Positions 43,267 through 53,586 of a stretch of DNA of 64,000 nt are shown piece by piece. The notes beneath the pieces are model-generated. The model was given only the letters and a program-made list of their open reading frames with translations, had not been told where the DNA came from and ran no database searches. The stretch's first letter is position 1. Every line of letters begins with the position of its first letter. Position numbers and translations under genes: made by a program. Location: contig JAQGLK010000001.1 of assembly GCA_028292925.1 (NCBI GenBank), positions 4,557 through 68,556 on the forward strand. Reading direction: 5' to 3'. Source of the stretch: Sphingomonas bacterium. GTDB lineage: Bacteria > Pseudomonadota > Alphaproteobacteria > Sphingomonadales > Sphingomonadaceae.

Positions 43267-45393
43267 TCAACGTCGCGAACGGGCAGCGACCTTCTCCGTT
43301 CCCAACGTCGCATCCAGGTAGGTGGTGATCAGCGCGGCACGATAGGCGTCCTCGCGCCGGTCCGCCCCTGCCGCATGGCCGCCCTCCAGCGCCTCGTAAT
43401 AATGAAACGGGCTGCCGAGATCCTGCAGCCTGGCGGCGAACTTGCGGGCATGGGCGGGGTGGACCCGGTCATCCTTGGTGGAGGTGTAGATGAACGGGGC
43501 GGGGTAGCGGACGCCTGCCTTCAGCGCCTGATAGGGCGAGTAGCGGCTGATGAACGCCCAGTCCTCCGGCTTGTCGGGATCGCCATATTCGCCCATCCAC
43601 GACGCGCCGGCGAGGAGGTGGGAATAACGCTTCATGTCGGTCAGCGGCGATCCCATGACGATCGCCCCGAACATATCCGGCCGCTGCGTCATCGCCGCCG
43701 CGACGAGCAGCCCGCCGTTCGACCGCCCCGATGCCGCGATCCGGCCCCTGGCGCTGACCCCGGTGCGGACCAGATCCTCGGCCACCGCATAGAAATCGTC
43801 GAACGCATTCTGGTGTTTCTCGCGCACCGTCGCGTCGTGCCAGGCCGGGCCATATTCGCTGCCGCCGCGAATGTTGGCCAGCACGTAGGCATTGCCTTCC
43901 TCGACCCAGAACAGGCCCGTCGGCCCGGCGCGATAGGGCTCTCCGGTCAGGTAGGTCGGGGTCTGGGCGTTGCGAAACCCCCCATAAGCGTGGATCAGAG
44001 CCGGCACCGGGCCGGCCACCCCCTTCCTGCGGACGAGGAAATAGGGGATGCGGGTGCCGTCCTTCGAGGTGGCGAAGCGTTGCTCGACCTGCATCGCCGT
44101 TGCGTCGAACCGCTTGGGCAGCGCCTGCACCACCCGCGGTGGCGCGCCGGGTGTCAGGGCATAGAGGGTCGGCGGCAGAAGCATGCCCTGCACGGTCGCA
44201 AAGGCGATGTCGCGCGATCCGGCGGCGGCCTCGAGGTGGACGGTGGCGCTGGCGGGCAGCGTTGCCGCGCTCTGCGCCCAGCGCCCGTCCGCACCCCGGC
44301 GCAGCGAGACGAGCTTGCCCGAGACGTCGTCGAGCAGCTTGACCCATAGCACCGACCTGCCGGCGGCGACCTCCTCGATGGATTGGCTCGCGGTCGGCAC
44401 CATCACCTGCTCGATCGCCGGCGCGCGGCCGGCGAGCACGTCGGCAAGCTCGTACGCCACCAGCGAGCCGGCCGGCATCCCGCGCCACGTGCCGTTGAGC
44501 TGCGCCACGACCCGGCCATTCAGTATGTCGTGAATATCCGCATCCACCGGCAGCGGCGATCGCACGAGCCTGCCGTCTGCGGCGATGTGCGACACTTCGT
44601 GGCGGTAGAAATCGATCGCGCGCGTCGCGATCGGCCAGGCGGTATCGCCGTCGCCGATGGTGGAGACCGAGAGTTCGACATCGTCCGCAGCGATCTCGGC
44701 GATCTGCCGCGCGGCCGAGAGCGGCGTCCCCCGCCGCCACAGCTTCAGGCGTCGCGCATAGCCCGAACTGGTCAGGCTGCCGGGCCCGAAGTCGGTCGCG
44801 ACGTAGAGCGCGTCCGGCCCCGCCCACGCGACCTCCGTCTTGGCCTCCGGCACGACGAACCCGCCATCCACGAAGCGCCGGCGGGCGACGTCGAACTCGC
44901 GTTCCACCACGGCATCGGTGCCGCCGTCCGCCAGCGCGACCATGCAGCGATCATAGGCGGGCGTGCGGCACTTCGCGCCGTGCCAGACCCAGCTCCTGCC
45001 CTCGGCCTTGCCCAGCGCGTCGATGTCGATCAGCACCGTCCATGCCGGCTTGCCTGCGGCGAAGCCCGCGAGATCGGCGATCCGCCACAGCCCGCGGGGG
45101 TTCTTCGCGTCGTGCCACACGTTCAGCACGCGCTTCCCGATCACCCGCTCGGGCTCGGCAAGCTGCGCGTCGTTCACCAGCAGCGCCTCGGCACGGCGGC
45201 GATAGCCGGCGAAGCGCGGCTGCGCGGTCAGCGTCGCTTCTGTCCGGGCATTCCAGCGTTTCACCGCGGCGATGGCCTCGGCCCCCTCCACCTGCTCGAG
45301 GAAGGCGTGGGGATCGACCGGCGCCGGCTGCGGCACGGCGGCGGAAGGCAGCGCGGCGGCAGCCAGGATGGCGAGGAAGCGGGGGAGTTTCAT
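43267..45393 (-). CDS. Prolyl oligopeptidase family (S9) serine peptidase, secreted
   Basis: Signal peptide MKLPRFLAILAAAALPSAA. A beta-propeller-sized N-terminal region. Catalytic GRSNGGLLV (GxSxGG), TSTKDDRVHPAHARKF, EGGHA. Confidence 0.85.
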   Translation of the reverse strand: MKLPRFLAILAAAALPSAAVPQPAPVDPHAFLEQVEGAEAIAAVKRWNARTEATLTAQPRFAGYRRRAEALLVNDAQLAEPERVIGKRVLNVWHDAKNPRGLWRIADLAGFAAGKPAWTVLIDIDALGKAEGRSWVWHGAKCRTPAYDRCMVALADGGTDAVVEREFDVARRRFVDGGFVVPEAKTEVAWAGPDALYVATDFGPGSLTSSGYARRLKLWRRGTPLSAARQIAEIAADDVELSVSTIGDGDTAWPIATRAIDFYRHEVSHIAADGRLVRSPLPVDADIHDILNGRVVAQLNGTWRGMPAGSLVAYELADVLAGRAPAIEQVMVPTASQSIEEVAAGRSVLWVKLLDDVSGKLVSLRRGADGRWAQSAATLPASATVHLEAAAGSRDIAFATVQGMLLPPTLYALTPGAPPRVVQALPKRFDATAMQVEQRFATSKDGTRIPYFLVRRKGVAGPVPALIHAYGGFRNAQTPTYLTGEPYRAGPTGLFWVEEGNAYVLANIRGGSEYGPAWHDATVREKHQNAFDDFYAVAEDLVRTGVSARGRIAASGRSNGGLLVAAAMTQRPDMFGAIVMGSPLTDMKRYSHLLAGASWMGEYGDPDKPEDWAFISRYSPYQALKAGVRYPAPFIYTSTKDDRVHPAHARKFAARLQDLGSPFHYYEALEGGHAAGADRREDAYRAALITTYLDATLGTEKVAARSRR

Positions 45394-45508
45394 CCGGGCT
45401 GTTTACCGCGCGTCCGGCGTGCGCGCAAAAGCCGGCGGGCTCGGCGAAGTGCGGGCTTCGGGCAGAACCGGCTAGGCGCGTCCGCGTCGGATTGGCTATG
45501 CCGGCCGG

Positions 45509-46117
45509 ATGCACCGCACCTCGATGTTTCTCACCCGTCTCCTCGCGCTCCTGGCGCTGCTGCTTACCGTCGATGCACCGGCGGCGCCGCGCGCAGGCGG
45601 CCTCGTCCGCGTGCGGCTGGAGACCAGCGCCGGGCCGATCGTCGTGGCGGTCGATGTCAGGCGGGCGCCGATCACCGCCGGCAATTTCCTGCGCTACGTC
45701 GATGAGAAGAGGCTGGACGGCACCACGTTCTACCGCGCCGCCCGCAGCCGCAACAATCCCAAATCGGGGCTCGTCCAGGGCGGCAACAACCACAAGGTCA
45801 GCCGATCGCTCGCCCCGATCGCCCACGAACCGACCAGCCGCACCGGGCTGCGCCACGTCGACGGCACATTGTCGATGGCGCGCAATGCACCCGGCAGCGC
45901 GATGGGCGATTTCTTCATCACCGTCGGCGCGGCGAAGTATCTCGACGCCCGGCCCGGCTATCCCGGCTACGCCGCGTTCGGGCACGTCGTCTCCGGCATG
46001 GACGTGGTCGGCCGTATCCTGGCGCTGCCCACCTATCCCGGCGGCTATTCGATCGAGACGATGGGGCAGAGCATTCGTCGGCCGGTGCGGATCGTCGCGG
46101 CGCGGCGCGTGCGGTGA
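45509..46117 (+). CDS. Cyclophilin-type peptidyl-prolyl cis-trans isomerase, periplasmic
   Basis: Signal peptide, then VRLETSAGPIVVAVDVRRAPITAGNFLRYV, GTLSMAR, FFITVG, AFGHVVSGMDVV. Confidence 0.85.
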   Translation: MHRTSMFLTRLLALLALLLTVDAPAAPRAGGLVRVRLETSAGPIVVAVDVRRAPITAGNFLRYVDEKRLDGTTFYRAARSRNNPKSGLVQGGNNHKVSRSLAPIAHEPTSRTGLRHVDGTLSMARNAPGSAMGDFFITVGAAKYLDARPGYPGYAAFGHVVSGMDVVGRILALPTYPGGYSIETMGQSIRRPVRIVAARRVR

Positions 46118-46212
46118 GCGGTGTTCCGCGTTAACACTCGCCCCCAGGCCCGTCCCGCCGGGGGACAAGCGGAATTACGCGCTGGCTTGACCGCGCCAAC
46201 ACGGTAAGCACC

Positions 46213-46905
46213 ATGGAAAGGTTTTCCCGGAGTCCATCGATGGCCAGATCGTTCAAGGCCGCAATCGCCCGCAAGCTCGCCACCGGGGCCGTGATCGCGC
46301 TGCTCGTCGGCGTCGGCGTCCGGATGGGCGTGGTGCCGCAGCCCGCGTCCGCCCCCGTCACGCCGGCCAGGCCCGCCGCGGTGACGCCGAAGCCCGCACC
46401 GTTCGCCGGATTGCCGTTCAAGCCGCTCACCGCCGCCGACGAGCCGTTCGTCATCAAGCGCATCCTCGATGTGCCGACGCCGTTCCGCCACGGCGACTAT
46501 GCCTGGGACGACGAAGGCGTACCCGCCGGGCCGCTGGTGATCACCGTCGATCTCGCCGCGCAAGTGCTCTCGGTGTTTCGCGGCGGGTATGAGATCGGCG
46601 CGGCGGTGATCCTCTACGGCGCTACCGACAAGCCGACGCCGCTCGGCGTATTCCCGATCACGCAGAAGGATGCGACCCACGTCTCCAACCTGTACGACGC
46701 ACCGATGCCCTACATGCTGCGGCTGACCAACGACGGCGTGGCGATCCACGGCAGCGAGGTCGACTGGAACTACGCCACGCACGGCTGCATCGGCGTGCCG
46801 GTAAAGTTCGCCAAGATGCTGTTCGCGCAGGCAAAGCTCGGCGATCGGGTGATCATCACCAACGGCGAGCGGCTGAACATGGGGCAGCGCATCCCCGCCG
46901 CCTGA
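46213..46905 (+). CDS. L,D-transpeptidase (YkuD domain)
   Basis: ITVDLAAQVLSVFRGG, TPLGVFPI, GVAIHGS...ATHGCIGV (catalytic His/Cys). An N-terminal TM/signal segment is present. An alternative start is ATG 46240. Confidence 0.85.
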   Translation: MERFSRSPSMARSFKAAIARKLATGAVIALLVGVGVRMGVVPQPASAPVTPARPAAVTPKPAPFAGLPFKPLTAADEPFVIKRILDVPTPFRHGDYAWDDEGVPAGPLVITVDLAAQVLSVFRGGYEIGAAVILYGATDKPTPLGVFPITQKDATHVSNLYDAPMPYMLRLTNDGVAIHGSEVDWNYATHGCIGVPVKFAKMLFAQAKLGDRVIITNGERLNMGQRIPAA

Positions 46906-46970
46906 GCGAAGCAGCCGCCTGCCGCCCCGCCCCTAGCGAAACCGCCTCCGCTGCCTTACGTGCTTGGGAG

Positions 46971-49727
46971 ATGGCGACACGGATCGAAACGTTGACCAAC
47001 CGCCGCGCGATCGTCGATCGCCGCGCCGTTGCGGATGCGTTGGCGGGAATCGAGGGCGAGCGCGCCGCCTTGCGCAGCGAGGCCAACCGCATCCTGAAGG
47101 CCGCGCTGGAGCAGGGCCGGGCCGAGATCGCCCGCCGCCTGGGTGCCGCGCCGCAGCGGGGCACGGAGACGAGCACCGCCTACGCCTTCCTCACCGATCA
47201 GTTGTTGCGGCTGATCCACGATTTCACCGTCCAGCGCCTCTACCCGCTCGGCAGCCCGACCGCCGCCAACCGGCTGACGCTGATCGCCGTCGGCGGCTAT
47301 GGGCGCGGCGAGATGGCGCCGTTCTCGGACATCGACATCGCCTTCATCACCCCGCTGCGCCAGTCCGCCTGGGGCGAGCAGGTGATCGAATCGATGCTGT
47401 ATCAGCTGTGGGATCTTGGGCTGAAGATCGGCCATTCCAGCCGGTCGCTGGACGATATGGTGCGGATGGCGAAGGCCGATCTGACGATCCGCACCGCCTT
47501 TCTGGAAGGGCGCTACGTCTGGGGCGATCAGGCACTGTACGACGAAGCGTCGCAGCGTTTCCGCCGCGAGGTGATGGAGGGCAATGCGCGCAGCTTCATC
47601 ACCGAAAAGCTGGCCGAGCGGAACGATCGCCACAAGAGGATGGGCGACAGCCGCTACGTCGTCGAACCCAACCTCAAGGAGGGCAAGGGCGGCCTGCGCG
47701 ATCTCCATACCCTGTTCTGGATCGGCAAGTACGTCCACCAGGTGCGATCGGTGGACGAACTGGTCGGCAAGGGGCTGATGTCCCCCGCCGAGTTGCGCCG
47801 TTTCCAGAAATCGGAAAACTTCCTGTGGGCGGTGCGCTGCCACCTCCACCTGATCGCGGGGCGCGCCGAGGAGCGGCTGACCTTCGACGTTCAGCGCCAG
47901 GTGGCGCAGCGCATGGGCTATGCCGATCGCCCCGGCCGTTCGGCGGTCGAGCGGTTCATGCGCTTCTACTTCCGCACGGCCAAGGAGGTGGGCGATCTGA
48001 CCGGGCTGTTCCTGGCCCACCTGGACGAAAGCTTCGCCGCGCGCGGCCACCGCTTCGGGCTGCCGAAGCTGCGCCGATCCCCGCGCAACCTGAACGGCTT
48101 CGTCACCGATCGCGGCCGGATCGCGATGCCCTCCGACGATTTCTTCGCGGCCGAGCCGGTGCGGCTGATCGAGCTGTTCGCGCTGGCCGAACGGCACCAG
48201 ATGGAAATCCATCCGCAGACGATGCGTCAGGCGGGGCGCGATGCCCGCCTGATCGACCGCCACGTCCGCGCCGATCCCCGTGCCAATGCGCTGTTCCTCG
48301 ACGTGCTGACCAGCCGCCACGATCCGGAGCCGGTGCTCCGCTGGATGAACGAGGCGGGGGTGTTCGGCCGGTTCGTTCCCGATTTCGGCCGCGTCGTCGC
48401 GCAGATGCAGTTCGACATGTACCACCATTATACGGTGGACGAACATTCGATCCGCGCGCTGGGGCTGGTCAGCCAGATCGAGCATGGCGCGCTGGAGGGG
48501 GATCATCCGCTCGCCACCGGAATCTTCCCGCAGATCGTGTCGCGCCGGGTGCTCTACGTTGCCGTGCTGCTGCACGATATCGCCAAGGGCAGGGGCGGCG
48601 ATCACAGCATACTGGGTGCCGAGGTGGCGGAAAAGCTTTGCCCGCGCTTCGGGCTTACCGCGGCGGAGACGGAGACGGTCGCCTGGCTCGTCCGCTTCCA
48701 CCTGCTGATGTCCGCCACCGCGTTCAAGCGCGATCTTTCCGATTTCAAGACGGTGCTCGACTTCGCCGAAGCGGTGCAGAGCCCGGAGCGGCTGCGCCTG
48801 CTGCTGGTGCTGACGGTGGTCGATATCCGCGCTGTCGGGCCGGGTGTGTGGAACAGCTGGAAGCGGCAGCTCCTGTCCGACCTTTACGACGCGACGGAGG
48901 AGGTGCTGCGGCTCGGCCACAAGCAGAAGGGCCGGCGCGAGCGGGTGGAGAGCAAGCAGCGCGCCGTCGCCGACGCGCTCGGCTGGGCGGGCGATCGTTT
49001 CGACGTGCTCGCCCGTCGCCTGCCCGAGGCCTATTGGGTGGCCGAGGCGCCGGACATATTGGAGCGCAACTTTCGCCAGATCGCCGCCGCCGATGCCGCG
49101 GGCAAGCCGCTGTCGATCGCCGCGCAGGCGGATCCGGAACGCGGCGCGACGCTCGTCACCATCTATGCCAGCGATCATCCCGGCCTGTTCTTCCGCGTCG
49201 CCGGGGCGATCCACCTGGCGGGCGGCAACATCATCGACGCCCGCATCCACACCACCCGCGACGGCATGGCGCTGGACAATCTGCTGGTGCAGGATCCGTT
49301 CGGGCGTCCGTTCGACGATGTCGATCGTCTTGGCCGGCTGCGGATCGGCATCGAGGACGCGCTGGCGAACCGCAACAAGATGATGGCCCGGCTGGCGGCA
49401 AAGCCCGCGCCGCGGACGCGCGCCGAGGCGTTCGACATCGAGCCGGTCGTCCTCACCGACAACAAGGCGTCCAATCGCTACACGGTGGTGGAGATCAACG
49501 CGCGCGATCGCCCGGCTTTGCTCAACAGCCTGGCCTATGCGCTCTTCCAGTCGAAGGTGACGATCCACTCCGCGCATATCGCCACCTATGGCGCGCGCGC
49601 GGTGGACGTTTTCTACCTGACCGATCTTCTGGGCGACAAGATCACCGGCCCGGCGCGCGTGAAGGCGCTGGAGCGCCGGCTGCTGGAGGCGGCGGGCGGG
49701 GCGGCGGAAGAGACGCTCGCCGCCTAG
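46971..49727 (+). CDS. glnD: Bifunctional [protein-PII] uridylyltransferase / uridylyl-removing enzyme
   Basis: Nucleotidyltransferase motif AVGGYGRGEMAPFSDIDI. HD domain YHHYTVDEHS...LLHDIAKG. Two C-terminal ACT domains. GGGAG lies before ATG 46971. Confidence 0.95.
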   Translation: MATRIETLTNRRAIVDRRAVADALAGIEGERAALRSEANRILKAALEQGRAEIARRLGAAPQRGTETSTAYAFLTDQLLRLIHDFTVQRLYPLGSPTAANRLTLIAVGGYGRGEMAPFSDIDIAFITPLRQSAWGEQVIESMLYQLWDLGLKIGHSSRSLDDMVRMAKADLTIRTAFLEGRYVWGDQALYDEASQRFRREVMEGNARSFITEKLAERNDRHKRMGDSRYVVEPNLKEGKGGLRDLHTLFWIGKYVHQVRSVDELVGKGLMSPAELRRFQKSENFLWAVRCHLHLIAGRAEERLTFDVQRQVAQRMGYADRPGRSAVERFMRFYFRTAKEVGDLTGLFLAHLDESFAARGHRFGLPKLRRSPRNLNGFVTDRGRIAMPSDDFFAAEPVRLIELFALAERHQMEIHPQTMRQAGRDARLIDRHVRADPRANALFLDVLTSRHDPEPVLRWMNEAGVFGRFVPDFGRVVAQMQFDMYHHYTVDEHSIRALGLVSQIEHGALEGDHPLATGIFPQIVSRRVLYVAVLLHDIAKGRGGDHSILGAEVAEKLCPRFGLTAAETETVAWLVRFHLLMSATAFKRDLSDFKTVLDFAEAVQSPERLRLLLVLTVVDIRAVGPGVWNSWKRQLLSDLYDATEEVLRLGHKQKGRRERVESKQRAVADALGWAGDRFDVLARRLPEAYWVAEAPDILERNFRQIAAADAAGKPLSIAAQADPERGATLVTIYASDHPGLFFRVAGAIHLAGGNIIDARIHTTRDGMALDNLLVQDPFGRPFDDVDRLGRLRIGIEDALANRNKMMARLAAKPAPRTRAEAFDIEPVVLTDNKASNRYTVVEINARDRPALLNSLAYALFQSKVTIHSAHIATYGARAVDVFYLTDLLGDKITGPARVKALERRLLEAAGGAAEETLAA

Positions 49728-49740
49728 AGCCCCCTTGCCG

Positions 49741-52575
49741 CTAGAATTTCGTGCGCGCCGTCACCCCGAAGGTCCGCGGCTCGGCCAGGAAGGCGCTGTA
49801 AAGCCGCGTGGCGCTCGGCTGCTGCCCGGTCTGCACCGCGCGGGTCTCGCCGCCACCCTGCAGCGGGGTGTTGAAGCCGATCTGGGTGTAATCGGCGTCG
49901 AGCAGGTTCTGCGCCCAGAACTCCAGCGCCCATTCCGCCGCGCGCTCCCCGCCGCGCAGGCCGATCCGCGCGTTGACGACGACGAACCCCTTCTGATCCT
50001 TCTCGAGGTTCAGGTCGGATCCGGTGCCGATCTCGCTCTGGTAGCGGAAATCGACATAGGCCAGTCCGCGCAGGCCGGTGCTGCCGATCGGCGGCGTCCA
50101 CCCGGCCGATCCGGTCGCGACATATTCCGGCGCATTGGACAGGCGGCGCCCCGGCAACTGGAACAGCGAGGTCGGCAGCGGCTGCCCGAACCGTCCGGAC
50201 AGATCTTTCTTGTACCGCGTGTCCGCCAGCGTGAAGCCCAGGTTGACGCTGACATCGGTGATCGGCTGGGCGAACGCCTCGATCTCCACGCCGCGGCTGC
50301 GCACTCCGGGGCTGGTCTTGCCCGTGCACGCGCCGCTTGCGCCGGCTGCGGCGTCGGCCGCCGATCCGCCGACGCCAACGTCGCTGTCCGCGCCCGATCC
50401 ACCGGCCAGCGCGCCGCAGCTGTTGATGTTGTCGACGATGAAGGTCAGCCCCTGGAAATTATTCAGCTGGAAGTTACGGAATTCCTGCCAGAAACCGGCG
50501 ACGTTGATGTCGATGCCGCGCCCGTTCCACTTCATGCCGACCTCGTACGCGTCGACCTTTTCCGGCTCGAACTGAAACTGGGCGGCGCTGGGCGCGGCAA
50601 GGTTGAGCACCGATCGCTCCAGGTTGAACCCGCCTGCCTTGTAGCCGCGCGAGTAGCTGGCATAGGCCAGCACCCCTGAAACCGGCTTCCAGCCGAGCAC
50701 CGCGGTGCCGCTCCACTCGCCTTCCTTGCGGCGGGATGCGAGCACTCCGTCATAGGCGCTGAGCACCGAGAACAGTGCCCCCGGCGAGGCGGCCAGCCCA
50801 ACGCTGTTGCCGATGCCGGTGCCGCGCAGCTGGACGATCGCCGCATTGGCCAGCGCGGCGCGCACCGGATTGCTCGCGCTGTTGGCGGTGGCGAAGCGTT
50901 GCAGGTTGGCGATGTTCGTTGCGAACGCGGCGGAGTTGGCCGGCGTGTCCGAGCGCAGATCGGCCGACAGCCGCTTGGTCTCGCGGGTGTAGCGCGCGCC
51001 GAGCGTAAGCGAGAGCGTGTCGGTCAGCGCCAGCACGTTGTGGGTGAACAGCGCGTAATTGCGGCTGCGCTGGCGGTAGCGATCATCCTCCCCGGTATTC
51101 GCCGCCGGCAGGATCGGCGCGGAGACATTGGCGGCGACGGCCAGTGCATCGGCCGGGCTTGCCCCGCCGGTGACGAGCGCGTCGGCGATCGCCGACGGGA
51201 GTGCGGCGAACCCCGGAAAGGCGGGGTTGCCGATCCGCACCAGCGCCGTGAGATAGCGATCGAAATCCGCGCCGTAGGAAAGCCGTGCCCGCACGTCGAG
51301 TTTCTCGTTGGCGAAGTAGCCGCCGACCAGCCAGTCGAGCCGGTCGCCGAATGCGTTTCCGCGCAGCCGCAATTCCTGGGTCAGGGTCCGGAAGCGGATG
51401 AAGTCGCTGCCGTCGTTCGGGCGGTAGAGAATATCGAGATTGTTGAAGTCGCTATCCTGCCCGCGGACGAAGCGATTGTCGCGGTACGCGGTGATCGAGG
51501 TGAGAGTGGTGCCACCCAGTTCCCAGTTGGCCTCGCCCGATATGCCCCAGTCGCGCACGTCCTGGGCGAAGTCGCGGCCCGGCGACACGGCGACACGCCG
51601 GGCATAGGGATCGACGTCGATCGCGCCGCCCAGGCCCTGGATGGCGGTGACCACCGGGTTGGCGCTGCGCGTCAGCGTACCGTCCGGCGCCCGGCGGATC
51701 AGGTCGGTCGCGACATAGGGGCCGGTGCAGCATTGCTCGTCGCGATCGGCATAGTCGCCGATCAGCCGGAACGAGAAGGTTTCCGCCGGCTTGAACAGAA
51801 GCTGGCCGCGCAGCAGCCAGCGGTTCCGATCCTGGAAGCGGCGGCCGGTGCTGCCGGCATAATTGTCCGCCTCGCGCAGGAAACCGTCGCGCTTCGTATA
51901 GGCGCCGTCCAGGCGGTAGGCGATCGTGTCACCGACGATCGGCCCGGTGAGCCCCAGCACGATGCGGCGATAATCGTAATTGCCGTAGCTGAGTTCGGCG
52001 GTGCCGCCTTCCTCGAAGCTCGGTCGCGCGGTGATGACGCTGATCAGCCCGGCCGATGCGTTGCGGCCGAACAAGGTGCCCTGCGGCCCGCGCAGCACCT
52101 CGATCCTGTCCACCGCGCCGAGTTCGGTGAGCGCCGTGGCCGAGCGGGATCGATAGACGCCGTCGACGAACACGGCGACCGAGCTTTCCAGCCCCGGATT
52201 GTCGCCGACGGTGCCGATGCCGCGGATCCTGGCGACGCCGCCGGCCGCCTCCGACGAGCTGGAGGAGACGAGCAAGGAGGGCGAAAGCTGGTTGAGCTGG
52301 CGAATGTCGGTGGCGCCGCTGTTGGCGAGCGACGCGGCGGTGACCGCGGACACGGCGAGCGGCACGTCCGACAAGGCGGCGTTGCGGCGCGTCGCGGTGA
52401 CGACGATGTCTCCGGCGGTGATCGGGTCTCCGGCGGTGATCGGCTGGTTCGCGCTGGCGTCTGCCCCAGCACCGGAGGGCGGTGCATCCGGCGAGACTGC
52501 CGACGCATCCTGCGCATGGCCTGGCCCTGCCGCCGCCAACAAGGCGAACGGCAGCAGCCGGATTGCCGATTTCAT
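49741..52575 (-). CDS. TonB-dependent outer-membrane receptor (944 aa)
   Basis: Signal peptide MKSAIRLLPFALLAAAGPGHAQ. TonB-box region GDIVVTATR. Plug domain IEVLRGPQGTLFGRNASAGLI. C-terminal ...FGVTARTKF ends in an aromatic residue. The track ORF (to 53301) runs into purU antisense sequence. Confidence 0.9.
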   Translation of the reverse strand: MKSAIRLLPFALLAAAGPGHAQDASAVSPDAPPSGAGADASANQPITAGDPITAGDIVVTATRRNAALSDVPLAVSAVTAASLANSGATDIRQLNQLSPSLLVSSSSSEAAGGVARIRGIGTVGDNPGLESSVAVFVDGVYRSRSATALTELGAVDRIEVLRGPQGTLFGRNASAGLISVITARPSFEEGGTAELSYGNYDYRRIVLGLTGPIVGDTIAYRLDGAYTKRDGFLREADNYAGSTGRRFQDRNRWLLRGQLLFKPAETFSFRLIGDYADRDEQCCTGPYVATDLIRRAPDGTLTRSANPVVTAIQGLGGAIDVDPYARRVAVSPGRDFAQDVRDWGISGEANWELGGTTLTSITAYRDNRFVRGQDSDFNNLDILYRPNDGSDFIRFRTLTQELRLRGNAFGDRLDWLVGGYFANEKLDVRARLSYGADFDRYLTALVRIGNPAFPGFAALPSAIADALVTGGASPADALAVAANVSAPILPAANTGEDDRYRQRSRNYALFTHNVLALTDTLSLTLGARYTRETKRLSADLRSDTPANSAAFATNIANLQRFATANSASNPVRAALANAAIVQLRGTGIGNSVGLAASPGALFSVLSAYDGVLASRRKEGEWSGTAVLGWKPVSGVLAYASYSRGYKAGGFNLERSVLNLAAPSAAQFQFEPEKVDAYEVGMKWNGRGIDINVAGFWQEFRNFQLNNFQGLTFIVDNINSCGALAGGSGADSDVGVGGSAADAAAGASGACTGKTSPGVRSRGVEIEAFAQPITDVSVNLGFTLADTRYKKDLSGRFGQPLPTSLFQLPGRRLSNAPEYVATGSAGWTPPIGSTGLRGLAYVDFRYQSEIGTGSDLNLEKDQKGFVVVNARIGLRGGERAAEWALEFWAQNLLDADYTQIGFNTPLQGGGETRAVQTGQQPSATRLYSAFLAEPRTFGVTARTKF
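52408..52443 (-). repeat. Perfect 18-bp in-frame tandem duplication inside the receptor gene
   Basis: GTCTCCGGCGGTGATCGG occurs twice (52408-52425 and 52426-52443). It encodes PITAGD-PITAGD immediately N-terminal to the TonB box. Confidence 0.9.
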
Positions 52576-52679
52576 TACGATCGCTCCCGCGGGTCTGTTC
52601 TGTTTCCCGGCGGCAGCGTTAAGTCGTCCGATCCGGCGATTCCAGCAAAAGATGCCGGACCGGACGAGGGCTGTGGGCC

Positions 52680-53537
52680 TTAACGGAAGACGATCGTGCG
52701 ATTGCCCCAGATCAGCACGCGGCGTTCGGCATGCCACGTGACGGCCCGGCCCAGCACGATCGATTCGATGTCGCGCCCTGCGGCGACCATCTGGTTGGCG
52801 CTCATCGAATGGGTCACGCGCTGCGCGTCCTGCTCGATGATCGGGCCCTCGTCGAGGTCGGCGGTGACGTAGTGGCCGGTGGCGCCGATCATCTTCACGC
52901 CGCGGGCGTGCGCCTGATGGTAGGGCTTGGCGCCCTTGAAGCTCGGCAGGAAGCTGTGGTGGATGTTGATGATGTGGCCGTGCAGCTTGGTGCTCAGATC
53001 GTCGGAGATGACCTGCATGTAGCGGGCCAGCACGACGAGTTCGCAATTTTCGGCATGGTAGAGATCGAGCAGCTTGGCTTCCGCTTCCGCCTTGCCGCCC
53101 TTGGGCACGGGGATGTGGTGGAACGGGATGCCGCGCATCTCCGCCATCTTCTGGAAGTCGGTATGGTTGGAGACGATCGCCACGATATCGAGCGGGAGCT
53201 CGCCGATGTCGTTGCGGAACAGCAGATCGTTCAGCGCATGGCCGAAGCGGGAGACCATCAGGATGGTGCGCGCCTTGGCGTGCGCATCGTAGATCTTCCA
53301 TTCTGCCCCGAAGCGTTCGACGGCGGCGCCGAATCCGGTGCGCAGCGCATCGAGATCCTTGCTGCCCTCACTCGTGAACACCACGCGCATGAAGAAGCGC
53401 TTGGCGTCGACCGAATGGAATTCGGACGACTCGGTAATGTTGCATTCCTGTTCGAGCAGGAAGTTCGCGACCGCCGCGACGACGCCGCGCTCGTCCGGGC
53501 AGTGCAGGGTGAGGATGAAACGATCGCTGGTGGACAT
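52680..53537 (-). CDS. purU: Formyltetrahydrofolate deformylase
   Basis: N-terminal ACT domain (FILTLHCPDERGVVAAVANFL). Formyl-transferase core: ILMVSRFGHALNDLL, VVLARYMQV, IINIHHSFLPSFKGAKPY, GHYVTADLDEGPII. Confidence 0.9.
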   Translation of the reverse strand: MSTSDRFILTLHCPDERGVVAAVANFLLEQECNITESSEFHSVDAKRFFMRVVFTSEGSKDLDALRTGFGAAVERFGAEWKIYDAHAKARTILMVSRFGHALNDLLFRNDIGELPLDIVAIVSNHTDFQKMAEMRGIPFHHIPVPKGGKAEAEAKLLDLYHAENCELVVLARYMQVISDDLSTKLHGHIINIHHSFLPSFKGAKPYHQAHARGVKMIGATGHYVTADLDEGPIIEQDAQRVTHSMSANQMVAAGRDIESIVLGRAVTWHAERRVLIWGNRTIVFR

Positions 53538-53586
53538 GTCGCGGCTCTCTCTCCGGCAGGTTCGTGGCTTCACGCGGTTGCTTCTG

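Noticed and set aside
46956-49577. An 873-aa minus-strand ORF and a 926-aa alternative plus-frame ORF (46964-49744) overlapping glnD.
   Set aside because: Only the frame starting at 46971 carries the nucleotidyltransferase, HD and ACT motifs. The other two frames are Arg/Gly/Pro-rich without motifs.
52576-52679. A cobalamin or other riboswitch in front of the TonB-dependent receptor.
   Set aside because: The leader is only ~104 nt, shorter than a cobalamin riboswitch. It shows no B12-box-like conserved core.
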